A stretch of 64,000 bases of DNA, from positions 279,337-343,336 of the forward strand of contig NIVC01001182.1 of NCBI GenBank assembly GCA_002269645.1, read 5' to 3'. The notes under the pieces are model-generated. The model was given only the letters and a program-made list of their open reading frames with translations. It had not been told where the DNA came from and did not search any database. Of the stretch, positions 23,770-36,300 are shown piece after piece. Within the stretch, counting starts at the first letter, position 1; every line of letters starts with the position of its first letter. A program made the translations under genes and the position numbers. The DNA is from Macrostomum lignano. Its lineage: Eukaryota.

Positions 23770-26700
23770 TCAGCGACTGTCAAGCCCCACAGTTGAGAAG
23801 TACTTAGCAGCCGATACGGAGATGAACTTGTCAAGAAATACTTCGCTATCCAGCACGGCGATATGAGCGGCCCTGCCAATCAGAGAGTTGGTACTGCTTG
23901 GAAAGCAATGATGAACATCGTAGCGAACAGTTAGCACCTTGGATAGGCGCTGCAACAGGTTTGACACCATCTCCATGTACACTGCGGACATTTGGCCCGT
24001 GTCTTTTAGGGCTCTGCAAATTAGTGAGGGATTATTCGCTTTGGTGTGACTTTGGGATAGAATTATTTGCGACTGGATTAGTGAGGAAATTAGCGAATAA
24101 GGCATCGAGAGAAATGGCAAGACAACTAGCGAGTACAGAATCGATGGGATTAGCCACTAGATTAGTACACAGATTAGTAGAGAATGGAAGAGATTTGTGA
24201 GCAAATTAGTACAGAATTGAGTGGATTAGTGTGCAGACTAGTAACATTATCTACTAATCCCATCGGTTCTCTACTAGTCTGCACACTAATCCCATTGATT
24301 ATCTACTAATCCCATCGGTTCTCGATCAATGGGATTAGTGTGCCGATTAGTAGAGAACCGATGGGATTAGTAGATAATCAATGGGATTAGTAGATAATCA
24401 ATGGGATTAGTGTGCAGATTAGTACAGAATTGATGGGACTAGTGTGCAGATTAGTACAGAATCGATGGTATTAGTGCGCAGATTAGTACAGAATCGATGG
24501 TATTAGTGCGCAGATTAGTACATAATCGATGGGATTAGTGTGCACATTAGTACATAATCGATGGGATTAGTGTGCACATTAGTACATAATCGATGGGATT
24601 AGTGTGCACATTAGTACATAATCGATGGGATTAGTGTGCACATTAGTACATAATCGATGGGATTAGTGTGCACATTAGTACATAATCGATGGGATTAGTG
24701 TGCACATTAGTACATAATCGATGGGATTAGTGTGCACATTAGTACATAATCGATGGGATTAGTGTGCACATTAGTACATAATCGATGGGATTAGTGTGCA
24801 CATTAGTACATAATCGGTGGGATTAGTGTGCAGACAGTACAGAACTAAGTGGATTAGTGTACATATTAGTAGAGAACCGATTATTTTGGTGTGAGATTAG
24901 TTGAGAACCGTTGGAATTAGTAGATAATCAATGGTATAAGTGTGCAGATTAGCAGAGAACCGATGGGATTAGCGAGAAGAGCCGGTGAGAATTGAAAACA
25001 CGAAGCAACAAGCCCTCACCTGGAAGCCAGCTCAACCCGGGAGCTGTGGTAGGGCACATATCGGTCCTGTGGCGAGCTGACCAGCAGTACATTAGCAAAC
25101 GAGTCCAAACCCGATGCGCTACTCAACTCGTACAGATAGGTCTGTCTCGGATCAGAATTGTCTTTCAATTTGAGTTGCAGAATCGAGCCAGACTTCTTCA
25201 TCTTCTGTATAAACCACATGCCAGCATTAACTAGATTAGAAGTGTTATACAGAGCGCCAAGATGAGGCCCGCTCAGGCTTAGGAAGGTGTGAAATTTCGA
25301 ACGCAAATGAGCCAGCCTGGAATCTGACACAGCAGCCCGTATTATAATAGTACCAAGTGAGTGGCCGATGAAGCTAATATGAGTCGGCTGACGAGACGCT
25401 GCGCTCAAGTGCGCTAGCAACTCCTCAACTAGATTGTTCCTCATCTGTTTAATATCAGCATAAGTGTCCAATTGATTACGGTCGGACATTAGAAAGTCAA
25501 ATCGTTCATTAGGCAGAGCCATGGTCAGGTAGACTCGAACTAATCGAAGATCGCCCGAGTTGCCTTCGAGTCCGTGCGCGCAAACAACCAGGTGCCTGCC
25601 CGAGGAGCCGCCTCCGCTACCCAGGTCGGGCAGGTCTCGAAATGGCGGATCTGTAGAAGCCAAAGCTGACAGTCGGAAATCGCTGTACAGATGCAGGATA
25701 GAATCCAACTGAGTCAGCGCCATCTCTCGTTTCATTGCCTCTTTGCGTTGCACATTGGCCAGTGTAGTCTCTGAGAATGCGCTGACCAGCTTGCTGAGCT
25801 TCAGGTCTGACATTGATTTGGCATGGCTCAGGTGCACTGACTGCTGATGGCTGTGCAAACTGCCTGCTGCTGCAGCTGGCGGCGGCGGCGGTGGTGGCAC
25901 ATCGAGGCCCTAGCGAGAATAATGATTTTAAGAAGCATGATTTTCTATGAAATTAATCGCACGTATTTTTGGTAAATGGCATTGTGAAACTTGAAATGGA
26001 ATTTCGAAACTTGAAAATGGCATTCCGAAACTTTAAAATGGCATTCTGAAACTTAGAAATGATACATGTATTCCAAAATTTGGAAATGGCATTTCGAAAC
26101 CTGGTGAAAATGGCATTCCGAAACTTGGAAATGGCATTTCGAAACTTGAAAATGGCATTTTGAAACTTGAAAATGGCATTTCTAAACTTGAAAATGGCAT
26201 TTCTAAACTTGAAAATGGCATTTCGAAACCTGGAAATGACATTTCGAAACTTGAAAATGGCATTTCGAAACTTGAAAATGGCATTTCGAAACTTAAATAT
26301 GGCATTTCAAAACTTGGAAATGGCATTCTAGAAAATTTGATTGAAATCCCAAATATAAAAATGGAATAAAAATAACTCAGAATTGCATGCTACTAATAGT
26401 AGAATAGAAGCAGAAGCAGTAATAAATCAAATGATGACAACAAATGCTAACCCGTTGTTGCTGACGTTGGAATCCGTACAACGCCTCCATCACGGATTCT
26501 TCTCTACCCGAACTTCTAGTAGAACCCGGAGCTGCTGCTCCGCCTCTGCCGCCGCTAACAATCACGTCTGCGTCATCGTCATCACCGTCTCGATCCTGAT
26601 CAGCCAGACAGCCTGTACCGGACAGTTCTCCGCTCCCGCATCCAGAAGCTACTTGGTGCAAGTCTGGCAAACTGCAGGCCGTGCTAAGCGTGCCCAGGCC

Positions 26701-29700
26701 CCGGCCGCTGCCAGCACCGCCGCTGACAGTCAATAAGCTGGCATTGTTAGAACCGGGCCCGGTTAGAGAATCGTGAGCAACGCTAACCCCAGTTGAATTA
26801 GCCGCAGTAGTGGAAGAATCGCCATTAACTAATTTCCTATAGCCAATGAGCTGAGCGTGCTCAGAGTTGGCCTGCTCAGGCGGAGCTTCGTGGCCTGATA
26901 GGCTGCGCAGATTCGAACTCAGGGCCCGCTGAGCAGGCATGCAGGTGATGCGAGGAGGCGGCGGCGGAGGTGGTAGATTCTGACGCTGCTGCTGCTGAGC
27001 TGGAGTCGATGTCGACATTGATGAGGCGCCGGCGGAGGCATTCTGAGATGGCGAACTTGAGCTGCCATCCGTGGCTGATTGTGTCTGCTGGGGGGTTAGG
27101 GGGGGTTTAATTACACTCCGGTAAAGTTTAGGCATTCACAATTAAATACTGATTTAAATATTGAAACGCTTGTGTTGGAATAGAATCCCCGAATTACATG
27201 GAATCATATCTGCAAAAATGACACCAATTAAGCTACAAAAAAGGCATCTAAAGCTACAGAAATGGCATCTTAAGCTACAAAAAAGGCATTTCTAGCTACA
27301 GAAATGGCATCTCAAGCTACAAAAATGGCATCTTAAGCTACAAAAATGGCACAATTAGCTACAATTAGCCTCTAATTAGAAACAATGGACACTTTCTTAC
27401 CTCGAGTCGCGGCTGCTGAGGCGACCCGGTTTCGGCCGCCTGCGGCGCGGGCACAGCCAACGGATCCGGTTCCGGTTGTCCGGAATGCGGCGGATAGACG
27501 TCCTCAAATATCAGAGGCATAGTGGCCGGATCGCCGTCCAATTCCGGACAGTGCAGAGGCAGCTGAGCTAGCTGAGAATAATAAGCCGAAGTGCGGATTA
27601 GCTGGGCCAGACTCTCATAAGGAGACGCGTCCTGCAGTCTGAATAGATCGCCAACCAGCTTCTCAGTGCGAAAGTAGCCTTCGGCGAAACGGCGAACCCG
27701 CATGGCGTGGTACTGCCTGGCGCACTGGTCGATGACCGACTCTTGTAAACAGGCCGTTGATATGAACCGTTCCCATAGCAACTGGAGATCCGTTACTAGG
27801 GCGGTCATGTGACCAGTAGCCAATCGGAGTAGCTCTTCGTCGCCTTGACAAGAGTGAATCTGCTCTGATAGGCTGGCCAGACGGGAAGAGCAGTCCACCT
27901 GGTCTGTGATTGCGATGAGAAATAGAGAACTAGGTGTGTACTTTTGCACAAATAGTACTTGTATGCGCAAAAACTTGATATAAGATTTTTAATTATCAAT
28001 AATCATATTGTACTTTTAACAGATTTTTAGTCATGCTGACACAAGATCTCACGTCTATTTGTTTAAGATCCTAGATCCCAGATCCTAAATCCCAGATCCT
28101 AGATGTCAGATCCTAGATTCTAGATCCCAGATCCCAAAATCCTAGATCCCAGATCCTACATCCCATATCCTAGATAACAGATAACAGGTCCCAGATCCCA
28201 GATCCCGAAATCCTAGATCCCAGATCCCAAAATCCTAGATCCCAGATCCCAAATTCCTAGATCCCAGATCATAAATCCCAGATTGTAGATCCTAGATCCC
28301 AGATCCTACATGTAGATCATAGATCCCAAATCCTATATCCCTGATCCTAAATCCCAGATCTCAGATCCTTGATCCCAGATTCCATATTTTCTAGCTCCTA
28401 GATCCTAGATCTAGCACAATGATATCAGATAATGATTTAATTAACAACACTAAAGCATGCTATTATGATTTTAGTTACTAACCTTGTAGATAATAAAAAT
28501 CATTGAAAAAAGCATTTCATTATACGTTAAGTCAACTACACAGAACAGATACAGTAAATATCTGTAGATATTGAAACAATAATAACCATGCTCAAAAAAT
28601 AAACTTAATAGTAGAACTACAATACATCGTAAGCAATTTGTTAGATGTTAGTAATAAAAATAATCACAGTAAAAACTGAAATATGTTCTAAACTATCAAT
28701 CAGACAATACTGAGTTAAGAGATGCATTAACACAATTTATGCTTATCATTTAAAACAGAGAACTACACCTAGTAAAGGCAAACTAGACAAGACGATTAGA
28801 TCTTCAAAATATATATATACATGTATAATATAGGAAGCGGTGAAGAAAAGAAAATGCGATGCTCTATTAAAAAGTGCAAGTTTTATCCGAGAAAAGCCGC
28901 ATATCATTTCAACTGACTCCTATTCGGCTATTCGGACACCTAACTCTGCACTGATTCAGTTCACCCAGCTGTAAAATGGGTGCCAGCAAATTAGCTGGGG
29001 TAATTGAGGGTGTGCGTGGGCGACAGCAAAAACTGGTGTGCACAAAATTATAAAAAGAATCTGCTTCAAATATTTAATAAATAGATTACGTGTACATACT
29101 ACATGTTATACATTTATTGTTATATAAATAACTTACTCTCTCGTTTGACAAGTTTGCGTATGTTTTTATCTGTTACCGGCAGTTACAAGTGGGTTAATTG
29201 GATAGGGGAGTGGGAGATGAATATGATATATGATATTTATGGCATTTATATATTAATAAAAATATGCCACAGTTTTATAGTCAACAGTCCTCGATAACCA
29301 ACTTTTTATAAAGTAAAAAAACTACTAAAACTCATAATGAATGTTACCGATTGCAGACTTACCCAGTTGCATCTGCTGCATTGGCGGCAGCAGGTCGATG
29401 GCCTGTTTAAGGCTGGCCTGCAAAGACTCGTAGGCTGATAGTAGTAAATGGCAGACATTGTTGTGCACTGTTAGCACAAGCTTGCGGCGCTGTTGGACTG
29501 ACTGGAAGTTCGGGGATGGAAAGGAACGGGACTGAATTAATTGGTGTTGGATAGCATAGACATGGATTTGGCTCTAGGAGGAACTGCGAGGCTGTGTCCC
29601 TGCAACTGAGGATCTGGGAGGCTGGTGGCCCTGCAACTGACGATCTGGGAGGCTGGTGGCCCTGCAACTGAGGATCTGGGAGGCTGTGTCCCTGCAACTG

Positions 29701-32700
29701 AGGATCTGGGGGGCTGGCTCAGCAACTGAGGATCTGGGAGACTGGCCCTGCAACGAGGATCTGGGAGGCTGTGTCCCTGCAACTGAGGATCTGGGAGGCT
29801 GGTGGCCCTGCAACTGAGGATCTGGGAGGCTGTGTCCCTGCAACTGAGGATCTGGGAGGCTGTGTCCCTGCAACTGAGGATCTGGGGGGCTGGCTCAGCA
29901 ACTGAGGATCTGGGAGACTGGCCCTGCAACTGAGGATCTGGGAGGCTGTGTCCCTGCAACTGAGATTCTGGGGGGCTGGCTCAGCAACTGAGGATCTGGG
30001 AGACTGGCCCTGCAACTGAGGATCTGGGAGACTGGCCCTGCAACTGAGGATCTGGGAGACTGGCCCTGCAACTGAGGAGCTGGGAGGCTGGTGGCCCAGC
30101 AACTGAGGATTTGTGAAGAGAATCCTAAGAAACAGTTAAGTACATAATTAATTAAATTAACAAGCTAAGAATCTACGAGTATAAAAAGGCATTAACAGTC
30201 GGTCGCTGCAAATCTCGGGCTCAATAAAAGCACAAATATAACACTGACCTGATTCTTTCCAACCAAAATATCTTGCAAAGCTGACAAGCTATCCTCCGGA
30301 TTCTGCACATTCAACGAAGTTAAAGAGCTGAAATTTTCGGCCGAAGCCTGCTTAGCCAGGTTGGTACCGCTGTGCGAGCCCCTGCAGGGGTTTTTGAGTG
30401 TTCAGTCAGCCAAGTCTTGGGCTTGATTACATACACAAGAATCTTGCGCATAATGGAATTGAATTCAATGAACAACTGACTGCACACACACACACGGAGA
30501 GAGAAGAGAGGTAGAAAGAAGTAAAAGAAAATTTGCTAAAGAAAACAGCACGCGGTTTCGCTTCTCTTGGCCTCACTTACCCTCCCCCCCACCCCCACCA
30601 GGCAAGGCCAGGCCAGAACCAACCAACCAGAACTAAACCAGCTTTAAAAAAATCTGACTCGAATTAAAGCTGGAGATGGAACCCCCCACCCCCCACACTG
30701 CCCCTACCCTCCCCCTAAACCCTCTCTGGCCTCATTCTCTCTCTCACTCCCTCACCCCCTAAGTTTCATGGAGATCTATTTAGAAATAAAACTACTTGGA
30801 TTAGAAAGCATCCAGTTATTTAGGGTTGGGGGCGCTTTCACAAACTGGACAATTCACAAACTGAACAATTTACAAACTGTACAATTCACAAACTGAACAA
30901 TTTACAAACTGAACAATTCACAAACTGAACAATTTACAAACTGAACAATTCACAAACTGGACAATTCACAAACTGGACAATTTACAAACTGGACAATTCA
31001 CAAACTGGACAATTTACAAACTGGACAATTCACAAACTGTACAATTCACAAACTGGACAATTTACAAACTTGGCAGTTCACAAACTAGACAATTCACAAA
31101 CTTGACAATTCACAAACTAGACACTTCACAAACTGGACAATTCACAAACTAGACAATTCACAAACTGTACAATTCACAAACTGGACACTTCACAAACTGA
31201 ACAATTCACAAACTACACAATTAACAAACTGGACAATTTACAAACTGGACGATTCACAAACTAGACAATTCACAAACTAGACAATTCACAAACTGTACAA
31301 TTCACAAACTGAACAATTCACAAACTAGACAATTCACAAACTTGACAATTCACAAACTGTACAATTCACAAACTAGACAATTCACAAACTTGGCAGTTCA
31401 CAAACTGGACAATTCACAAACTGGACAATTCACAAACTACACAATTCACAAACTGTACAATTCACAAACTGAACAATTCACAAACTAGACAATTCACAAA
31501 CTTGACAATTCACAAACTGTACAATTCACAAACTAGACAATTCACAAACTTGGCAGTTCACAAACTGGACAATTCACAAACTGGACAATTCACAAACTAC
31601 ACAATTAACAAACTGGACAATTTACAAACTGGACGATTCACAAACTAGACAATTCACAAACTGGACAATTCACAAACTGGACAATTCACAAACTGGACAC
31701 TTCACAAACTTGACAATTCACAAACTGGACAATTCACAAACTGGACAATTCACAAACTGGACACTTCACAAACTGGACAATTCACAAACTGTGTATTATT
31801 TGCACTAGTGTGTTTTAGAGCTAAGTTTAAGCCCTAGGCCTAAAAACACAAAGTATCATAAATTAAAAATGAAACAATACAGATTAACAAAACGTAATTC
31901 TGACGTCTAGAAATCCAGATTAAACATTTAGGCCTCCTTGGCCTAGAACCAGTGTTGGCTTTGAATACTAAGGCAAAAACTAATTCAACAGCACACAAGC
32001 TAGATTGGTACCAGCATTGTACACTTCATCACCATGTACATTGTAACGCTCTATGCAATTTCTAAAAACCTTTCTCTCCTTACACTTTAAGTCTTAGCAA
32101 GTCTGTTTTAGTCTTAGCTTTGTTGCTAAATGCTTCCTGCCGGGTTTTTTCAACCAAATTAATTGAACAAACTGTGCTTAAAGCCCTACAAGTTTGCATT
32201 TGTTTGCATTGAGAAAAAAAGAAGGCAAAATAGACAATGCTTTCTATACTTTCACTTGCACATGCGCATTAATTAACTGACTGAGATTATAGTAGAAGGC
32301 ATTATTTAAATAGTTCAAGTAACACAGTGAAGAGTCCATACACATATGTAGCATATTTCCAACTGAAGCTTAGCTGAAGGAAACCCAATTCATTATTTAC
32401 CTTAGTCACGATCTTGGAATGCAATAAATTAAACTGGTTTAAAATGAACATAATAACTGGCTAAATAATAAATAGGTATATTATAACATAAACACAAAGC
32501 CAATAAGTACTTTCGATTTGTTATTACTACAGAAAGTATACATTTTCTTCTCAGTTCAAATAACACACTAGACAGTGGTTTACGGCTATAAAAGCTACTA
32601 CTGCAAGTAGAAGGGACTCGTTGTTTTGTGACCAGATCGAAATTTAATACTAGCAAACTAATAAAATATACTAGTCAAGTTTTCGGTCAATACACATAAT

Positions 32701-32873
32701 CACACTATACTATTTAACCTGTATTGATACTAACAAAAATAGCAAAACGAAAAATACAAAATTTTATCTAGGACAATCTCTGATTTTAGGGGTAACAGCT
32801 CAGCCATTCAAAAATAGTCAGCCAGAGTGAAAGAGGAAGAATAAATGTATAATACACTGAGTCACAGACACTA

Positions 32874-32972
<99 letters not shown>

Positions 32973-33007
32973 GACAGGCATAGACAGACACAGACAGATA
33001 GACAGAA

Positions 33008-33078
<71 letters not shown>

Positions 33079-33133
33079 GACAGGCATAGACAGACACAGA
33101 CAGATAGACAGAAAGACAGACAGACAGACAGAC

Positions 33134-33184
<51 letters not shown>

Positions 33185-33239
33185 GACAGGCATAGACAGA
33201 CACAGACAGATAGACAGAAAGACAGACAGACAGACAGAC

Positions 33240-33290
<51 letters not shown>

Positions 33291-33349
33291 GACAGGCATA
33301 GACAGACACAGACAGATAGACAGAAAGACAGACAGACAGACAGACAGAC

Positions 33350-33386
<37 letters not shown>

Positions 33387-36300
33387 CAGACAGACAGACA
33401 CACGCACACACAATAGCCACGCACTCACCTGAGTTTAACGGTGCCGAAGCCGGTGAGGCAGGCGTGCACCATCACTTCAACGCAGCTGAGGTAGTAATAA
33501 TCGAATATACAGGGCACATAGCAGTGAAATCCCCTAGTGGGATCCATGGTGACTCGCAGCTCCCGGCTGGAGACCAGCTTCAGAGCGGGCCGAATGGTGT
33601 CGCTATTCTCCTCATCAGTGAACCACAGCTCAACCAGCAAGCTGACGGACAGGGCGGACAGGCTGTCCAGAGGACACTCGGGGTCAACAAGACAGTCGAC
33701 GCGAAATAGGAAGGCGTCCTCTAGCGGGCTGAGCTGGTCTTTGTACATCACCTTTGTGCGGAAGATAAAATTTTTCATTATTTTTGTAGTAATATGGTTA
33801 TTCATAACTTAATAACAATATTATTAACTCATTGCCACGTGCGGAATAAGGTATATCGACACTGCTAACTCGATGACATTAATTATAAAGATAGATCTTG
33901 ATATTGAATTTCGACTAAAATATTAGGGATATCGATAATTCTCATAGTAATACTTAAGATTTCGATAATTCTCATTTTAACATTTAATATATCGATAATT
34001 CTCATTTTAACATTTAATATATCGATAATTCTCATTGTAACATTTAATATATCGATAATTCTCATTTAAATACTTAAGGTATCGATAATTCTCATTTAAA
34101 CAATTAAGATATCGATAGTTCTCGTTTAAATATAAAACATATTGATAAGTCAATTAAATATTTAAAATATCGATAATTCTCAGATAAAACTATTTAAATA
34201 TTGATAATTTTTATTTTAACATTTTGATATCTACATTTATCACTGAAAAATTAAAGATTTTTTGATCAAAGATTTTTTGATTATTTATATCGATTTAAAA
34301 AAATCTGCTATAGTTAATTCCGATATAAAAATTTTACTACCATCATATTTTTTTAAATATTCTACAAATAATATTCTGGGGATAACAAAAATTTCGTTAA
34401 TCGAACTTGCAATCTCACCTGCACAAGCTTAGACACAGCGGCGCAACGAAAGCTGCTATTAGAAGAAGAAGACGAAGCCGAAGCCGCAGCACCTGACTGT
34501 CCAGCTGCTGCAGTCGATGAATTCCCAGCAGCAGCGGACGCTGTCGATGCCAAAGACAATGTAGAAGCCGAGACGCTGGCGCCGCCGGCGGCGCCGCAGG
34601 CGGTGGCGTCAACATAGGCAGCTTCGACGCCGTACTCGGAGCAGGCGCTATTGCTCAACGGAGTGGATTGATACAGACGGCAGCTGATTGGGCCGGTCAA
34701 CCGCGGGCTCTGACCGTTCTGCTTGATACCGCAACGGATCTCATAGTATCTGTGCGGACACAGGTTTTAAATGAATCGGTTTTTTAACTGATTGATACAA
34801 TAGTCATCATATTTGTTTGCCTAGTTAAGGGGGTTGCAGCCTAGTGGTTAGAGCGTCGGACTCACGACTTGAAGGTCGAGGGTTCGATTCCCGATACCAC
34901 TGGAACAATTTGTGTCCTTGAGCAAGACACTTAACTCTGCATTGCTTCAGTTCACCCAGCTGTAAAAATGGGTGCCAGCATTAGCTGGGGTAATTGAGGG
35001 TGTGTGGCGACCCCCTAGTCCTTGCACTGAACAGCCGTACGCAGCCTTCAGTTGCGCTGCGCAATAGCTGCGGCTGAGCTGTCGGTTGCATACCTGGCCC
35101 AATTGGGACAGGTGTAATCGATTATTATTATTATTATTATTATTAATTCCCTGGCTAAAATCACTCGATTCTCTCTAGAAGACTACAATCAAGTTCTACA
35201 ATTTGTGTTCAATTAATCACTAATCATTATAATATCATTATGATTTTCTGACATATTAAGACATTTGATCCGCAGCCAGACAAGGGGACCAACAATCCTG
35301 CCCATTTAACTGACCCCTGAGCAGACGCAAGCGCTCACACACCAGATAAAACGGTACCAAGGCTAAGAAGCGTCCCAGAATTGATTTAGAGTAGAGTCGT
35401 TGCAGGAAACACAGGTAAAATAGAAAACAAGTGACTCTAGTTGATCTGACTGACTCTAAACAACGAGATGCCACGGTACAAGGCGCCAAAAGTCAATTGA
35501 CGCCTAAGAGTCAATTTGAGGCATTTTATTGTCTTGCGAATCTCAAACGACTCTGTGACCATTTAGTCGCATCTGAGGCGTGCCAGAGTCGCTGTAGGAT
35601 TACTGAGTTGCGTCTAAAGCGCACCTGAGTCACTAGATTATGAATTGGAATCGCATTCCGCATTAATATCAAACTCTATTTAAGTCTACTTGAGTTAGTG
35701 GACAGTTAAGATGCTTGCAATGACTTTAGCGATTCTTGTCCCAGTACATTTTTCAACGGGACAGAGTGTACAACAGCCCTGAATCTTCTCAGGTAAGATT
35801 TTTCTGTTAACACAGAAGCTACAAATTTTATGACAAACCATGAAATCGAACTCAGGGACATGGGCGGTAATTTCCTTTAACTAAGAGAATCTATTTATAG
35901 TATATTCTCTTATACTAAGAGAATCTATTTATAGCAAATCTTCTATAAATACCATAATAGGAATTTTGCTGGCAAAAATGGCGCAAAAATACTTGTAAAT
36001 TATGCTGCAGGTTGGTTGTAAAATATCAGATAGTTGCTATAAATAGATTTTATTTAGCTAACTACCAATTTGCGCGAATTAAAACAAGTAAATAGGTGTA
36101 TATTTCATGGTTTATGTTTTATTTTTTCTTATTTAAAGCTTAGTAGAGTTTTCTTTGACGATATGTAGTGTAAAAAACTTTTATTGGAATAAAAGATGAT
36201 TTAAAAAGAAACCTTGGCAACCACAAAAAGTACTTTTAGAACAGTCTGAACAGTGCAAAGAGTTACAGGAATGTAAAGCTATTGACATTGTGCTTGCAAT

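Noticed and set aside
3045-33428. Long ORFs over tandem repeats (for example 4076-5431, 5921-7334, 9291-10203, 12565-13261, 29407-30102, 32786-33428)
   Set aside because: Periodic translations of intronic mini- and microsatellites lacking stops by chance; the flanking exons splice across them in phase.
34829-34905. tRNA gene
   Set aside because: No proper acceptor or anticodon stems; it continues into a CORE-like body and tail, so it is a SINE head.
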